DNA of 64,000 nucleotides from an uncultured bacterium (GTDB lineage: Bacteria; Hydrothermota; Tepidihabitantia; SM23-42). The position numbers and the translations under genes were made by a program. This document shows positions 32,667 to 41,750 of this stretch, piece after piece. Position 1 is the first letter of the stretch. The number at the start of each line of letters is the position of its first letter. The stretch lies in the NCBI GenBank assembly GCA_965603515.1, contig CBFDDH010000004.1, forward strand, positions 11,929 through 75,928, written 5' to 3'. The notes beneath the pieces are model-generated. The model saw nothing but the letters and a program-made list of their open reading frames with translations. It was not told the origin of the DNA and did no database searches.

Positions 32667-32927
32667 TTACAGCTTATGCAATAAATAAACAGTCAAAAAG
32701 ATGAAGATTATTGTCAAAAGCGTAATGTTAATACTTAGTCCAAGTGAAAAACTGAAGAAACCAAGGTTTACCTTCACCGTATCAAAACCAACCTTGAGAG
32801 CACTGAAAAAGAAGTTCTTCACCGGTCCTTTTGGGAATGCTCCGGATAAAAGATAGGATAATGCAGAGCCGATCACTCCACCAATGGTTACTCCAAGAAG
32901 TATTTTCCCGGGTTTTCGTTTTGCCAT
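32667..32927 (-). CDS. hypothetical small membrane protein
   Basis: The track ORF extends to 32972. The better start is ATG at 32925-32927, preceded by GGGAGGTAAT (MAKRKPGKILLGV...). Two TM helices. Confidence 0.45.
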   Translation of the reverse strand: MAKRKPGKILLGVTIGGVIGSALSYLLSGAFPKGPVKNFFFSALKVGFDTVKVNLGFFSFSLGLSINITLLTIIFIFLTVYLLHKL

Positions 32928-32943
32928 ATTACCTCCCTTGGGA

Positions 32944-33024
32944 AGTTCCAAGAACCAAGAACCAAGAACCAAACCATGCTGTACATGAGATGTAGATTTG
33001 GAATTTGGGGCTTGGAGCCTGGAT
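32944..33024. repeat. CCAAGAACCAA / TTTGGAACTTGG palindromic repeat (copy C, with three tandem ccaagaa units)
   Basis: ttccaagaaccaagaaccaagaaccaaaccatgctgtacatgagatgtagatttggaatttggggcttggagcctgg. Confidence 0.7.
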
Positions 33025-33026
33025 CT

Positions 33027-34013
33027 TCATTGCGTAATGATGTTTATTTTCTCGCCACAGTTTTTGCATTTATTACCTTTAAGTCCTATTATCATTGCCT
33101 GGAAAGCGACTCTTTCAATAAGCAGATTGTTGCATTTCGGGCAATTGGTATTCGAGCCTTCATCCGTTAAGATATTGCCCAAGTAAACGTAATTCATTTT
33201 TTCTTTTGCCTGAGCATAGGCATATTCTAACCTCTTTTCAGGTGTCGGAGGTTTATCATAGTGGTAATTTGGGTAATACCTTGAAAAATGGATGGGGATG
33301 TTCTTGTCGACGGAAGATACATAGTCAATGAGTCGGTTGATGTCGCGTTTACGATCATTTAATCCGGTTACAAGGAGGTTAGTTATCTCAATATGGCAAT
33401 GTTTATGTGCTGTTTCAATAGTTTTCATTACGGCGTCCAGATCACCACCCAAGGTTTTTTCGTAGATCTCACTATTCATTGTTTTCAGGTCGATGTTCAT
33501 GGCATCGATCAACGGTAGAATTTCTGATAACGGATCTTCATTTATTAATCCGTTAGTTACCAGTATATTCTTGCCGTCTGCTTGATGGATCATTGCGCCG
33601 GCATCGAGTAAATATTCGAACCACATTAGTGGTTCTGTATAAGTATACGAAACACCAATACAGGGATGCTCCTTGAACATTTTCAATAAGGTCCCTGGTG
33701 AAAGAAATTCAGTGCGAACTTCATTTTGAGATATCTCCCAATTTTGACAAAACGGACAGCGCATATTGCAACTATTTGGCGCGATCGATAGCGTCTTAGA
33801 CCCGGGATGAAAATGATAAAGAGGCTTTTTTTCTATAGGATCCAGGGCAATTGATGTTGATTTTCCATAGTCTATGGCCCAGAGTTTATTGTCTTCATGC
33901 TTACGGCTCCGGCAGAGTCCCTGGTGTCCGGGTTTTATTTTGCAGAAATGAGGACACAATTGACATTCAATATAGTTCTGATGTGTAGTATAGTACTTCG
34001 CTTCAACTTTCAT
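33027..34013 (-). CDS. amrS: AmmeMemoRadiSam-system radical SAM enzyme
   Basis: CNMRCPFCQNWE CxxxCxxC radical-SAM cluster motif plus additional C-terminal Cys pairs. The track ORF's 34-aa N-terminal extension overlaps intergenic repeats, so the start is set at ATG 34011-34013 (MKVEAKYY...). Confidence 0.75.
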   Translation of the reverse strand: MKVEAKYYTTHQNYIECQLCPHFCKIKPGHQGLCRSRKHEDNKLWAIDYGKSTSIALDPIEKKPLYHFHPGSKTLSIAPNSCNMRCPFCQNWEISQNEVRTEFLSPGTLLKMFKEHPCIGVSYTYTEPLMWFEYLLDAGAMIHQADGKNILVTNGLINEDPLSEILPLIDAMNIDLKTMNSEIYEKTLGGDLDAVMKTIETAHKHCHIEITNLLVTGLNDRKRDINRLIDYVSSVDKNIPIHFSRYYPNYHYDKPPTPEKRLEYAYAQAKEKMNYVYLGNILTDEGSNTNCPKCNNLLIERVAFQAMIIGLKGNKCKNCGEKINIITQ

Positions 34014-34072
34014 GGTTTCACAATTCGTATATAGAGATTGCTTCGTCGTCCGCCAAAAAGTGTGGGGGACTC

Positions 34073-34133
34073 CTCGCAATGACAGAAGATGAAGGGAGTC
34101 ATTGCGAGCGACCACAGGAAGCGTGGCAATCTC
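34073..34133. repeat. GTCATTGCGAG...GCAATCTC palindromic repeat (copy d) with adjacent inverted partial copies
   Basis: ctcgcaatgac (34073-34083) then gtcattgcgagcg-[accacaggaagcgtgg]-caatctc (34098-34133); also gattgcttcg (RC of cgaagcaatc) at 34036-34045. Confidence 0.7.
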
Positions 34134-34148
34134 ATCTTTCGGGGGAAC

Positions 34149-35123
34149 CTACTCAATATCTTTCTTTTTATTGCTTTCCACCCTTTGTAACTGACCATTT
34201 TCCTCATAATATATTATACCGCGAATTCCCAGAGAATCAAGAAATTTCACGCCTTTATCAGGACCCATAATAGCTACGGCAGTTGCCATAGCATCAGCGT
34301 AGGCAGCATTATCTGCAAAGATTGTAACCGAGACAAAATTCAGTGCTGGAAAACCAGTCTTTGGATCAATAATGTGGGGATATTTCTGGTCCTCGATTAT
34401 GAAATATTTTTCATAATCGCCTGAGGTTGAAAGAGCAGCATTTTCTACCTCAACCCCCTCTATTATACCCTCGGCACGAGGATTTCGTATGCCAATGCGC
34501 CAAGGTCTTTTTTCTGGTGAGTGACCAATAGCAACGATCTCTCCGCCGATATTTATGAGCGCTGATTTAATATTGTGTTCTTTCAAGATCATCCCCACGC
34601 GGTCAGCCGCATAGCCTTGGGCAACAGCACCGAGATCAATTTTCATACCCTCACGTATTATTATCGAATCCTTTTCAATCTTAATTTCTCTGTAATCGAT
34701 CAACCTCTTCACCAAAGTAATTTTTACGGTATCCGGGTTCTTAAATTCGTGTTCATAAAACCCCCAGAGCTCAAGCAGCGGTGCAATTGATATGTCAAAT
34801 AGACCATCAGTAATTCGCGAGACTGAATCACTCAACAAAAAAAGCCGAATAATATCTTCAGGTGCTTTTATGCGTAATGCTCGGTTCAACTCACTCACCA
34901 AACTTGCTTCAGAAAAACGATTCAGCAATGAATCTAACCTGATGAGTTCAGCGTCGACTTCCGAGAGAATATCGTTGGCGATACTATCGTTTCCTGTATA
35001 GAACTTGACCTCGCAAGTCGCGCCGACAATGAATTTGCTGTAGATGAATTCCTTGTTTGTGCAGTGAAGACAAAGGAACGATAGACAGGCAAGAAATACA
35101 ATGCACCGAGAAAAGAACTTCAT
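34149..35123 (-). CDS. apbE: FAD:protein FMN transferase (ApbE family) lipoprotein
   Basis: Lipoprotein signal; ApbE motifs (DLGAVAQGYAAD, GGEIVAIG...PWRIGIRNP). Confidence 0.85.
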   Translation of the reverse strand: MKFFSRCIVFLACLSFLCLHCTNKEFIYSKFIVGATCEVKFYTGNDSIANDILSEVDAELIRLDSLLNRFSEASLVSELNRALRIKAPEDIIRLFLLSDSVSRITDGLFDISIAPLLELWGFYEHEFKNPDTVKITLVKRLIDYREIKIEKDSIIIREGMKIDLGAVAQGYAADRVGMILKEHNIKSALINIGGEIVAIGHSPEKRPWRIGIRNPRAEGIIEGVEVENAALSTSGDYEKYFIIEDQKYPHIIDPKTGFPALNFVSVTIFADNAAYADAMATAVAIMGPDKGVKFLDSLGIRGIIYYEENGQLQRVESNKKKDIE

Positions 35124-35285
35124 AGTTTTACATGCAATAGTATCATCATTACGATGGGAGTGTATTCTAAAATCACCTCTTTGTCAACCCGCTCGCATCT
35201 TTTCGTTGTAGCGATTCTATTTTTGGTGGAAACTTACCCCGTTGGGCAGCAATCATCCTGCAAGGTTTTGAACTACTCCCTTTTT

Positions 35286-35376
35286 GTTGACAGCCTTTAA
35301 AAAAAGGATATGCTTATCATATAAGACAATAACGAAGTGATGCATATTTGGTTAGTACAGATAAACTTGGGTTATG
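35286..35376 (+). promoter_or_regulatory. conserved promoter + 5' leader module (copy 1) upstream of alpha/beta hydrolase gene
   Basis: TTGACA-N16-TATGCT followed by conserved leader ...tatcatataagacaataacgaagtgatgcatatttggttagtacagataaacttgggtta. Shared with 37632..37757, 38579..38669 and partially 41236..41266. Confidence 0.55.
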
Positions 35377-35402
35377 TGTTATTGGGAAGGAAATAGAATA
35401 AC

Positions 35403-36485
35403 TTGAAGAAAATACCGATGAAGAGTAATGGAGAGAACAAACATAAAAACAAAGAGAGTAATATTCCAAGTAAGATGTCGATATTAAAAAAGCTTTCTAT
35501 GGGATTAGGTGCAATTTTAATTATAATAATTGTCGCCTTTTCCTGGTTTGTAATATCCTTGTTTTCTGAACAGGATATGTCAAAAATGCCTGAACACTAC
35601 CCGTTTAAATCAGTAAAAGCCAAAGAACAATATCTAGATCATTATGATAAAAGAGCTCAAGAGTGGCCTATTGCTTCGGAAGCCAAAGTAGTACAAACAT
35701 CTTACGGAGAGACTTTTATTCGCATTAGCGGTCCAATAAATGCTCCATCTTTGGTCTTGTTACCCTCTGCCGGTGCTTCATCTCTCATTTGGATGCCGAA
35801 TATTAAGGCATTATCCGTTCATTACAGAGTATATGCTGTTGATAACATCTACGACTTTGGCCGAAGTGTAAATACGCGAAACATAAAGGATTCTGATGAC
35901 ATGATGAACTGGCTCGATGAGCTGTTTACAACTCTGGATCTTGGAGATAGTATTAATCTTATGGGGCTTTCATTTGGTGGCTGGCTTACAAGCCAATACA
36001 CCCTGGCTCATCCAAATAGATTAAACAAGGTTATATGGCTTGCTCCGGTAGCCACAATCTTTGATATTCCGGGAGAATGGGCATGGCGCGCTATCCTTTC
36101 CGCTTTACCTCATCGTTACTTTATGAAAAAACTCATGGTAGAGTGGCTCTTTGAGGATTTATCCAAAAAAAATGATAAATCCAGTTTACAACAGCTGGAT
36201 GAATTAATTGATGATGCAGTACTAGGTCTTAAATGTTTTAGGTTTCGGATGCCAGTTACACCATCTGTATTAACAGATAAGGAATTACAAGGTATCAAAG
36301 TGCCTGTGCTCTTTTTAGTCGGTGAAAACGAAAAGCTCTATTCTGCTCATGAAGCCGTACAGCGTCTTAATACTTTAGCTCCACAGATACAAACTGAGAT
36401 TATTACCGATGCAGGCCACGATTTAACGATTATTCAGGCAGAGATGGTAAATAGAAAGGTTCTGGAGTTTCTAAAACAACCATGA
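35403..36485 (+). CDS. alpha/beta-fold hydrolase (membrane-anchored)
   Basis: N-terminal TM segment; nucleophile elbow GLSFGG; alpha/beta hydrolase topology with Asp/His downstream. Confidence 0.7.
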   Translation: MKKIPMKSNGENKHKNKESNIPSKMSILKKLSMGLGAILIIIIVAFSWFVISLFSEQDMSKMPEHYPFKSVKAKEQYLDHYDKRAQEWPIASEAKVVQTSYGETFIRISGPINAPSLVLLPSAGASSLIWMPNIKALSVHYRVYAVDNIYDFGRSVNTRNIKDSDDMMNWLDELFTTLDLGDSINLMGLSFGGWLTSQYTLAHPNRLNKVIWLAPVATIFDIPGEWAWRAILSALPHRYFMKKLMVEWLFEDLSKKNDKSSLQQLDELIDDAVLGLKCFRFRMPVTPSVLTDKELQGIKVPVLFLVGENEKLYSAHEAVQRLNTLAPQIQTEIITDAGHDLTIIQAEMVNRKVLEFLKQP

Positions 36486-36599
36486 TGCACAAAGAACAAA
36501 GTTCTCCAATGACATTAATGCAGGAATGCTTGTTATAAAGGAAAGGACGTATGGGCATTAAAAGCCCGACTCGGAATTTTAGTATGAAATAATCAAAGA

Positions 36600-36836
36600 A
36601 TGAAAAACAACGAACTGACCCATCTAAATAAACTAAAGGCAAGAGCAGAAGAAATATATGAAGAAATGTATGAGACTTCTGGTTCAGTGAGTGCCGGCGC
36701 ATACTTTAGTGAAGTAAAGGAATTGCTTTTTGAAGCAGTTAATTTAGCCAAGAAGATGGGTCTTGAGGATGAAGTAAGGGATATTAATAAGAGATTGGAT
36801 CATATAAGAAAAGTATATGAATCTCAGATGCAGTGA
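36600..36836 (+). CDS. hypothetical small helical protein
   Basis: 78-aa track ORF with coiled-coil-like composition. No family recognised; modest coding confidence. Confidence 0.35.
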   Translation: MKNNELTHLNKLKARAEEIYEEMYETSGSVSAGAYFSEVKELLFEAVNLAKKMGLEDEVRDINKRLDHIRKVYESQMQ

Positions 36837-36924
36837 GAAATCAGGCAACTGCGTCTGACATTGGGGATGGGCGATGTCCCTAATTAATAAAACTGGCGAT
36901 GTTCTTAATTAAGAAGGAGGAAAA

Positions 36925-37482
36925 ATGAAGATAATTCGACATATTGGCTCGCTTGCCTTCGTGTTGGGACTCTTCACTGTAGTATTTGTCGGGATTCCTT
37001 GGCAGGTGATTGTTTCCCAGGATCCAGTCGTACCATGGTGGCTCAGGATAGCGGTTTTTTGCCTTCTGGGGGGTGTCCTTGTTGTTCTGATAAGTGTTGC
37101 TCTCGAACAAAGGACACAAAAAACATCAGGAAAGGCGTCTCTCCCTGCTGAGCCTGAGCGTACGGTTTTGCTATTGAATTCCACAACAGTCCCTGGCCGG
37201 GATATCACAGAAGTTCTTGGTCTTGTCCAGGGGCATACGGTGTTTGCTATCTGGCTTGGTAAAGATCTGTCCGCCTTGGTCAGGTTGATACTTGGCGGAG
37301 AATTGACTGAATACACAGAGATGATGGGTAAAGCTCGGGTAGCTGCTACCCGTAGGATGATCGCCCAGGCTGCAGAGATGGGGACGGACGCAATAATCAA
37401 TGTTCGCTATATGACTACGAGTGTTGTGGGCAGTGCGGCTGAACTTTTTGCTTACGGTACAGCTGTCAGACTCAGCAAATAG
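36925..37482 (+). CDS. YbjQ/UPF0145 (DUF74) family protein with N-terminal transmembrane segment
   Basis: C-terminal ~105 aa match the YbjQ heavy-metal-binding-like fold pattern (ITEVLGLVQGHTVFAIWLGKDL...TDAIINVRYMTTSVVGSAAELFAYGTAVRL). SD AAGGAGGAAAAATG. Confidence 0.7.
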   Translation: MKIIRHIGSLAFVLGLFTVVFVGIPWQVIVSQDPVVPWWLRIAVFCLLGGVLVVLISVALEQRTQKTSGKASLPAEPERTVLLLNSTTVPGRDITEVLGLVQGHTVFAIWLGKDLSALVRLILGGELTEYTEMMGKARVAATRRMIAQAAEMGTDAIINVRYMTTSVVGSAAELFAYGTAVRLSK

Positions 37483-37631
37483 ACTGCCTTTCTGCTCGGT
37501 TTAATCGGCTGCTACATGTTGGTTGAGGGGATGTTGCGTTTTGGTGTAACCCTGAAGCTTTCTGATTCTGCACTGCCTTCATTACCAGTTTCGCTGATCT
37601 TCAAGGGTGTCACCGCTATTACAACAAAGAA

Positions 37632-37757
37632 GGAGTGACATCCTTCAAAGAAAGCATATACTTATTATATAGCAATAAAGGAAATCTAATCTATATGATT
37701 AGTCCAATCCCTAGTTGTTATTTTATTAGTACAGATAAACTTAAGTTGGGAGCAAGA
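37632..37757 (+). promoter_or_regulatory. conserved promoter + leader module (copy 2, with internal insertion)
   Basis: gtgacatccttcaaagaaagcatatacttattatatagcaataaag...ttattagtacagataaacttaagttggg. Confidence 0.5.
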
Positions 37758-37758
37758 A

Positions 37759-38397
37759 ATGAACACTAATCTATTCTATAATTACCTGGCAGTGACCGTG
37801 GCTCTCCTTGCCGTCGCGGCCCCGTCTTCAGCGGGAAATCATCTGGAAGACGAAAATCCCAAGGTGATTGCGTCTGCACCGGGTTTCGCTATTCATCAAT
37901 TCAAAGGATTCGTAAAACACAGAATGGTGGAGTCTGTCATCCGTTCAGGAATTGTCATATCTCACACCAATCTCAAGACCGGAGAGATGAAATGGATTGT
38001 TTCAACCGGCGTCCATTCAATCCCGACCCGTCGGATTTCCTATTCCGTAACACGCCTTGTTGGCTTGATTCAAGATGACAAGCACTTGATCATTGTTGTT
38101 TACAGCACCGGTCGTATGTTCACCCAGAGAGATAAACCGCCTTCTCGTCCTGATCCAAAGAAAGGGCAATATGTCTTCCAGGTGTTCTCGAAGGCAGAAG
38201 GAAACAATATCTATACCTCGGCCTTCACACACTCTGGTTTATTCCCAAAATCTGTACCGCAAGAGACTACTGAAGCGGGGGTGATAAAGAAGACGGAGAA
38301 GGGCTATCGGGTATTCGATAGCGTGTTTGGAATAGATGAATCAGGAAAAGTAATTAGGGAGAACGACAACTCCAAACAAGGCGCTCCACCTGACTGA
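37759..38397 (+). CDS. hypothetical secreted protein
   Basis: Signal peptide; no recognisable domain. Confidence 0.45.
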   Translation: MNTNLFYNYLAVTVALLAVAAPSSAGNHLEDENPKVIASAPGFAIHQFKGFVKHRMVESVIRSGIVISHTNLKTGEMKWIVSTGVHSIPTRRISYSVTRLVGLIQDDKHLIIVVYSTGRMFTQRDKPPSRPDPKKGQYVFQVFSKAEGNNIYTSAFTHSGLFPKSVPQETTEAGVIKKTEKGYRVFDSVFGIDESGKVIRENDNSKQGAPPD

Positions 38398-38578
38398 CAA
38401 TTCGCTGGCGCTCATTGCCTGCTCTTGGGGTCAAATCATTTCGACAAGCTCAATACTATAGCTTCAATCTTTACAGGACAGAAAGCATCAGGATACTGAA
38501 TTCTTGGAGGATTAACAATGAGAAAGTATGTTCGATAGTGTCAATGTGAAAATTTAATTCTGTTTATACACATGTTTC

Positions 38579-38669
38579 GTTGACATCCTTTGAGAAAAGT
38601 ATATGCTTATCATATTAGACAAAATGAAGTGATGCCTATTTGGTTAGTACAGATAAACTTAGGTTAGCT
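38579..38669 (+). promoter_or_regulatory. conserved promoter + leader module (copy 3)
   Basis: ttgacatcctttgagaaaagtatatgcttatcatattagacaaaatgaagtgatgcctatttggttagtacagataaacttaggttagctg. Confidence 0.55.
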
Positions 38670-38693
38670 GTATGATAATTGAGGAGTTAGTAG

Positions 38694-39152
38694 ATGATAA
38701 AAAAAAGGGAGTTGATTGCATTCTGCAGTTTGTATTGTGGTGAATGCCCCAATTACACTGGTAGGATTGCTGATTTGGCACGGGATTTGAGAAAGGAACT
38801 ACGAAGCGTCAGATTTGACAAAACAGCGGAGGTGCTTTCGGGACTATCTTTCTTCAGCATGTTCAAAGACTACAAACAATGCTATGGGGTTCTTGGCGGC
38901 ATGGTGAAACTCCGTTGTAACCACGCCTGCAGAGACGGCGGTGGCAATCCATACTGCAAAATCAGAAAGTGCTGCCAGAAAAGGGAAATTGAAGGATGCT
39001 GGCTTTGTGATGAATTTGAGACATGTGAGAAACTAAATGACTTAGAAGCAAATCATGGTGTGGCCCACATCAAGAACCTACGAAGAATTAAGAAAAGCGG
39101 AATTAACGCCTTTCTCGATGGGCAAAAACACTGGTATGTGAAACGTAAGTAA
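38694..39152 (+). CDS. cysteine-rich protein (DUF3795-like), putative metal/Fe-S binding
   Basis: 152 aa with ~16 Cys in CxxC/CC arrangements (CSLYCGECPNY, CNHACRDGGGNPYCKIRKCCQ, CWLCDEFETC). Confidence 0.5.
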   Translation: MIKKRELIAFCSLYCGECPNYTGRIADLARDLRKELRSVRFDKTAEVLSGLSFFSMFKDYKQCYGVLGGMVKLRCNHACRDGGGNPYCKIRKCCQKREIEGCWLCDEFETCEKLNDLEANHGVAHIKNLRRIKKSGINAFLDGQKHWYVKRK

Positions 39153-39293
39153 ATTAGTTGAATGTCGCCTCGAGAGGCAGAACAACTAACAGTGCGTTTC
39201 CCCTGACCGCTATTCCACTGTGATTCATAGCGGCAGGTGAGATTTGTCATTAGGAATATTTGACAAACAACAAAGCAGGAAAGGAGAAAAACA

Positions 39294-39815
39294 ATGGGTA
39301 AGACAGAAGAAAACTTAAAAACTGGATTTGCAGGAGAATCACAAGCAAGGAATAAATATACTTATTTTGCCGAAGTGGCAAGGAAAGAAGGGTATCATTA
39401 TATTGCCAGGATCTTTGAAGAAACGGCTGAAAACGAAAAACAACACGCAAATGATGAATTTAAACTTCTGCACGGAATTGGTGATACAGCAGCAAATCTG
39501 AAAGAGGCAATTGAAGGGGAACATTATGAAGTAACGCAGATGTATTCCACTTTTGCAAAGGAAGCGGAAGAAGAAAATAATATGAAAGCATCCATTTTAT
39601 TCAAGCAGATCGCAAAAGTCGAAGCACATCACAGGGATCGCTACAAAAAACTGTTGGAAATGGTTGAAAGAAAGGCAGTATTCAAAAGAGAAACGCCTAT
39701 AAAGTGGAAATGCAGCATCTGTGGTTATACTTATACAGGTTCTGAACCACCCCCTAAATGTCCGTGCTGCAAGCATCCTAAAGAATACTATGAACCAGCA
39801 AATTTAGATATATAA
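39294..39815 (+). CDS. rbr: rubrerythrin
   Basis: Ferritin-like diiron ExxH motifs (EENEKQHANDE, EGEHYEVTQ, KVEAHHRDRY) plus C-terminal rubredoxin-like CxxC...CxxC (CSICGY...CPCCKHP). Confidence 0.9.
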   Translation: MGKTEENLKTGFAGESQARNKYTYFAEVARKEGYHYIARIFEETAENEKQHANDEFKLLHGIGDTAANLKEAIEGEHYEVTQMYSTFAKEAEEENNMKASILFKQIAKVEAHHRDRYKKLLEMVERKAVFKRETPIKWKCSICGYTYTGSEPPPKCPCCKHPKEYYEPANLDI

Positions 39816-39828
39816 AAAGGAAAGTAAT

Positions 39829-41226
39829 ATGGCGAGATATAGATGCAGCGTTTGCGATTATATTTATGATGAAGAAAAAGAAGGGGTGGAATGGAATGAG
39901 TTGCCCGATAATTGGGTTTGTCCAGTATGTGAATCAACAAAATCTTTTTATGCGCGCGTTGAAGCTGCTACTACACAAACCGACTCATTCGAAATTGCTT
40001 CCACTTCACCCAGTTCGTTCATAAGGACAGCAGATGACACGGAAACCCATATGGCAGACATTCATAAAATCGCTGAAACAGGTGAATCAATTATCGAACC
40101 GATGCGAACAAAGAAGACTACAATTTCATGGGATGATATATTGATAAAAGGTGTTCAACTCGCAAAGATACCCCTGAATCATGAAGTACCTGTTAATACT
40201 CGAACAATCATAGGCCCTAACTCAAAGCATCCCTTAGTTATAGAATCACCGATTTTTGTGACTCACATGTCATTTGGCGCACTTTCAAAAGAGGCAAAAC
40301 TTGCCTTAGCAAAAGGAAGCGCTGCAGTGAAAACGGCGATGAGTTCCGGCGAAGGCGGGATTTTACCGGAATCTTTAGAAAATTCTTATAAATACATCTT
40401 TGAATATGTGCCTAACAGATATAGCGTGACAGAGGAAAATCTGAAAAAGGTTGATGCGATTGAAATCAAAATCGGGCAATCAGCGAAGCCTGGCATGGGA
40501 GGGTATTTACCGGGGGACAAAGTCACTGAAGAAATATCAACTATCAGAGGATTCAGTAAAGGAGCTGACATCTTCAGTCCCGCTCATTTCGACGATATTA
40601 CAAACAAAGATGAATTAAAGAAGGTTGTCAAATGCCTGAGAGAAGCTTCTAATGGTAGGCCGATCGGGATTAAATTCGCAGCGGGAAATATTGAGAGCGA
40701 TATGGAAGTCGCCTTGTATGCGGAGCCTGATTTCATTACAATTGACGGAAGGGCCGGTGCAACTGCCGCAGCACCGAAATTTGTTAAGTCTGCTACTTCA
40801 GTTCCTTCAATATTCGCGTTACATCGGGCAAGAAAATATCTTGATCATAAAAAGGCGGAAAACGTGTCGTTAATTATTACAGGCGGGTTGAGGATATCTT
40901 CAGATTTTGTGAAGGCATTGGCTATGGGAGCAGATGCTGTTGCTATTGGTACAGCTGCGCTAATCGCATGCGGATGTCAACAGTATCGAAAGTGTAATAC
41001 CGACAAATGTCCGATGGGTATTGCAACGCAGAATCCTGACTTAAGGGCGAGGTTAAATGTCGAGAAGTCAGCTTCTCAGTTACAGAATTTCTTAAAGGTA
41101 TCAACTGATGAGCTGAAAAGCTTTGCCCGGCTTACGGGCAACGATGATGTTCATAAGCTATCAACTGTTGATCTTTGTACGATAAATTCAGAGATATCTA
41201 ATTATACAGCAATTTTACATGTTTAG
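39829..41226 (+). CDS. rubredoxin-domain fusion to FMN-binding glutamate-synthase-domain-2-like (GltB central domain) protein
   Basis: N-terminal rubredoxin (CSVCDYIYDEE...WVCPVCES) followed by TIM-barrel region with GltS FMN-domain hallmarks (THMSFGALSKEAKLALAKG..., GGLRISSDFVKALAMGADAV, CGCQQYRKCNTDKCPMGIATQ). Confidence 0.75.
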   Translation: MARYRCSVCDYIYDEEKEGVEWNELPDNWVCPVCESTKSFYARVEAATTQTDSFEIASTSPSSFIRTADDTETHMADIHKIAETGESIIEPMRTKKTTISWDDILIKGVQLAKIPLNHEVPVNTRTIIGPNSKHPLVIESPIFVTHMSFGALSKEAKLALAKGSAAVKTAMSSGEGGILPESLENSYKYIFEYVPNRYSVTEENLKKVDAIEIKIGQSAKPGMGGYLPGDKVTEEISTIRGFSKGADIFSPAHFDDITNKDELKKVVKCLREASNGRPIGIKFAAGNIESDMEVALYAEPDFITIDGRAGATAAAPKFVKSATSVPSIFALHRARKYLDHKKAENVSLIITGGLRISSDFVKALAMGADAVAIGTAALIACGCQQYRKCNTDKCPMGIATQNPDLRARLNVEKSASQLQNFLKVSTDELKSFARLTGNDDVHKLSTVDLCTINSEISNYTAILHV

Positions 41227-41235
41227 ATGATTGTT

Positions 41236-41266
41236 GTTTTATTAGTGCTGATAAACCTAGGTTAGG
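41236..41266 (+). promoter_or_regulatory. partial copy of conserved leader module
   Basis: ttttattagtgctgataaacctaggttagg matches the 3' part of the module found at 35286, 37632 and 38579. Confidence 0.4.
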
Positions 41267-41290
41267 CCAGGAGAAGAAGGGAGAATAACG

Positions 41291-41635
41291 ATGATTACTA
41301 AAAAACTATCAGAAGTTGGAATCATGGCTAATGCTCATGGTGTTGATGCCCGAAATCTTTACAATAAAGAAGAAGCTATGGTGACAGTCATTACATTGGA
41401 GCCTGGGCAATCATTGAAGCGCCACATTACTTCTGTTGATGTGGCATTTTATGTGCTCGAGGGGATCGGGGTAGTGGAAATTGGTGACGAGAAGACCGAA
41501 GTCACAAAAGATACACTAATAGAAAGTCCGAGGGACATTGTACATTGCTGGTATAATGAAAGCAGTAGTCCATTACGGTTTATGGTAGTAAAAGCACCCA
41601 GACCAACAAAGAAGACAGTGTTTATAGGTAGTTGA
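41291..41635 (+). CDS. cupin domain protein
   Basis: 114 aa with two-motif cupin pattern (G..L.RH....V.FYVLEG.G...IGDE...). Confidence 0.65.
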   Translation: MITKKLSEVGIMANAHGVDARNLYNKEEAMVTVITLEPGQSLKRHITSVDVAFYVLEGIGVVEIGDEKTEVTKDTLIESPRDIVHCWYNESSSPLRFMVVKAPRPTKKTVFIGS

Positions 41636-41750
41636 AAATAGATATTGAGCATAACAAGGCGCTGGAGCTGATTGCTATTCCGCTGCGCTTTTCGATAGGT
41701 GAGCTCAGGCGTTATAGCTATTATTAGTTTTCAAATATACAAAAAATTTT

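Noticed and set aside
34014-34115. 34-aa N-terminal extension of the amrS ORF.
   Set aside because: It overlaps the GTCATTGCGAG repeat cluster. A conserved radical-SAM N-terminus begins at the internal Met (MKVEAKYY).
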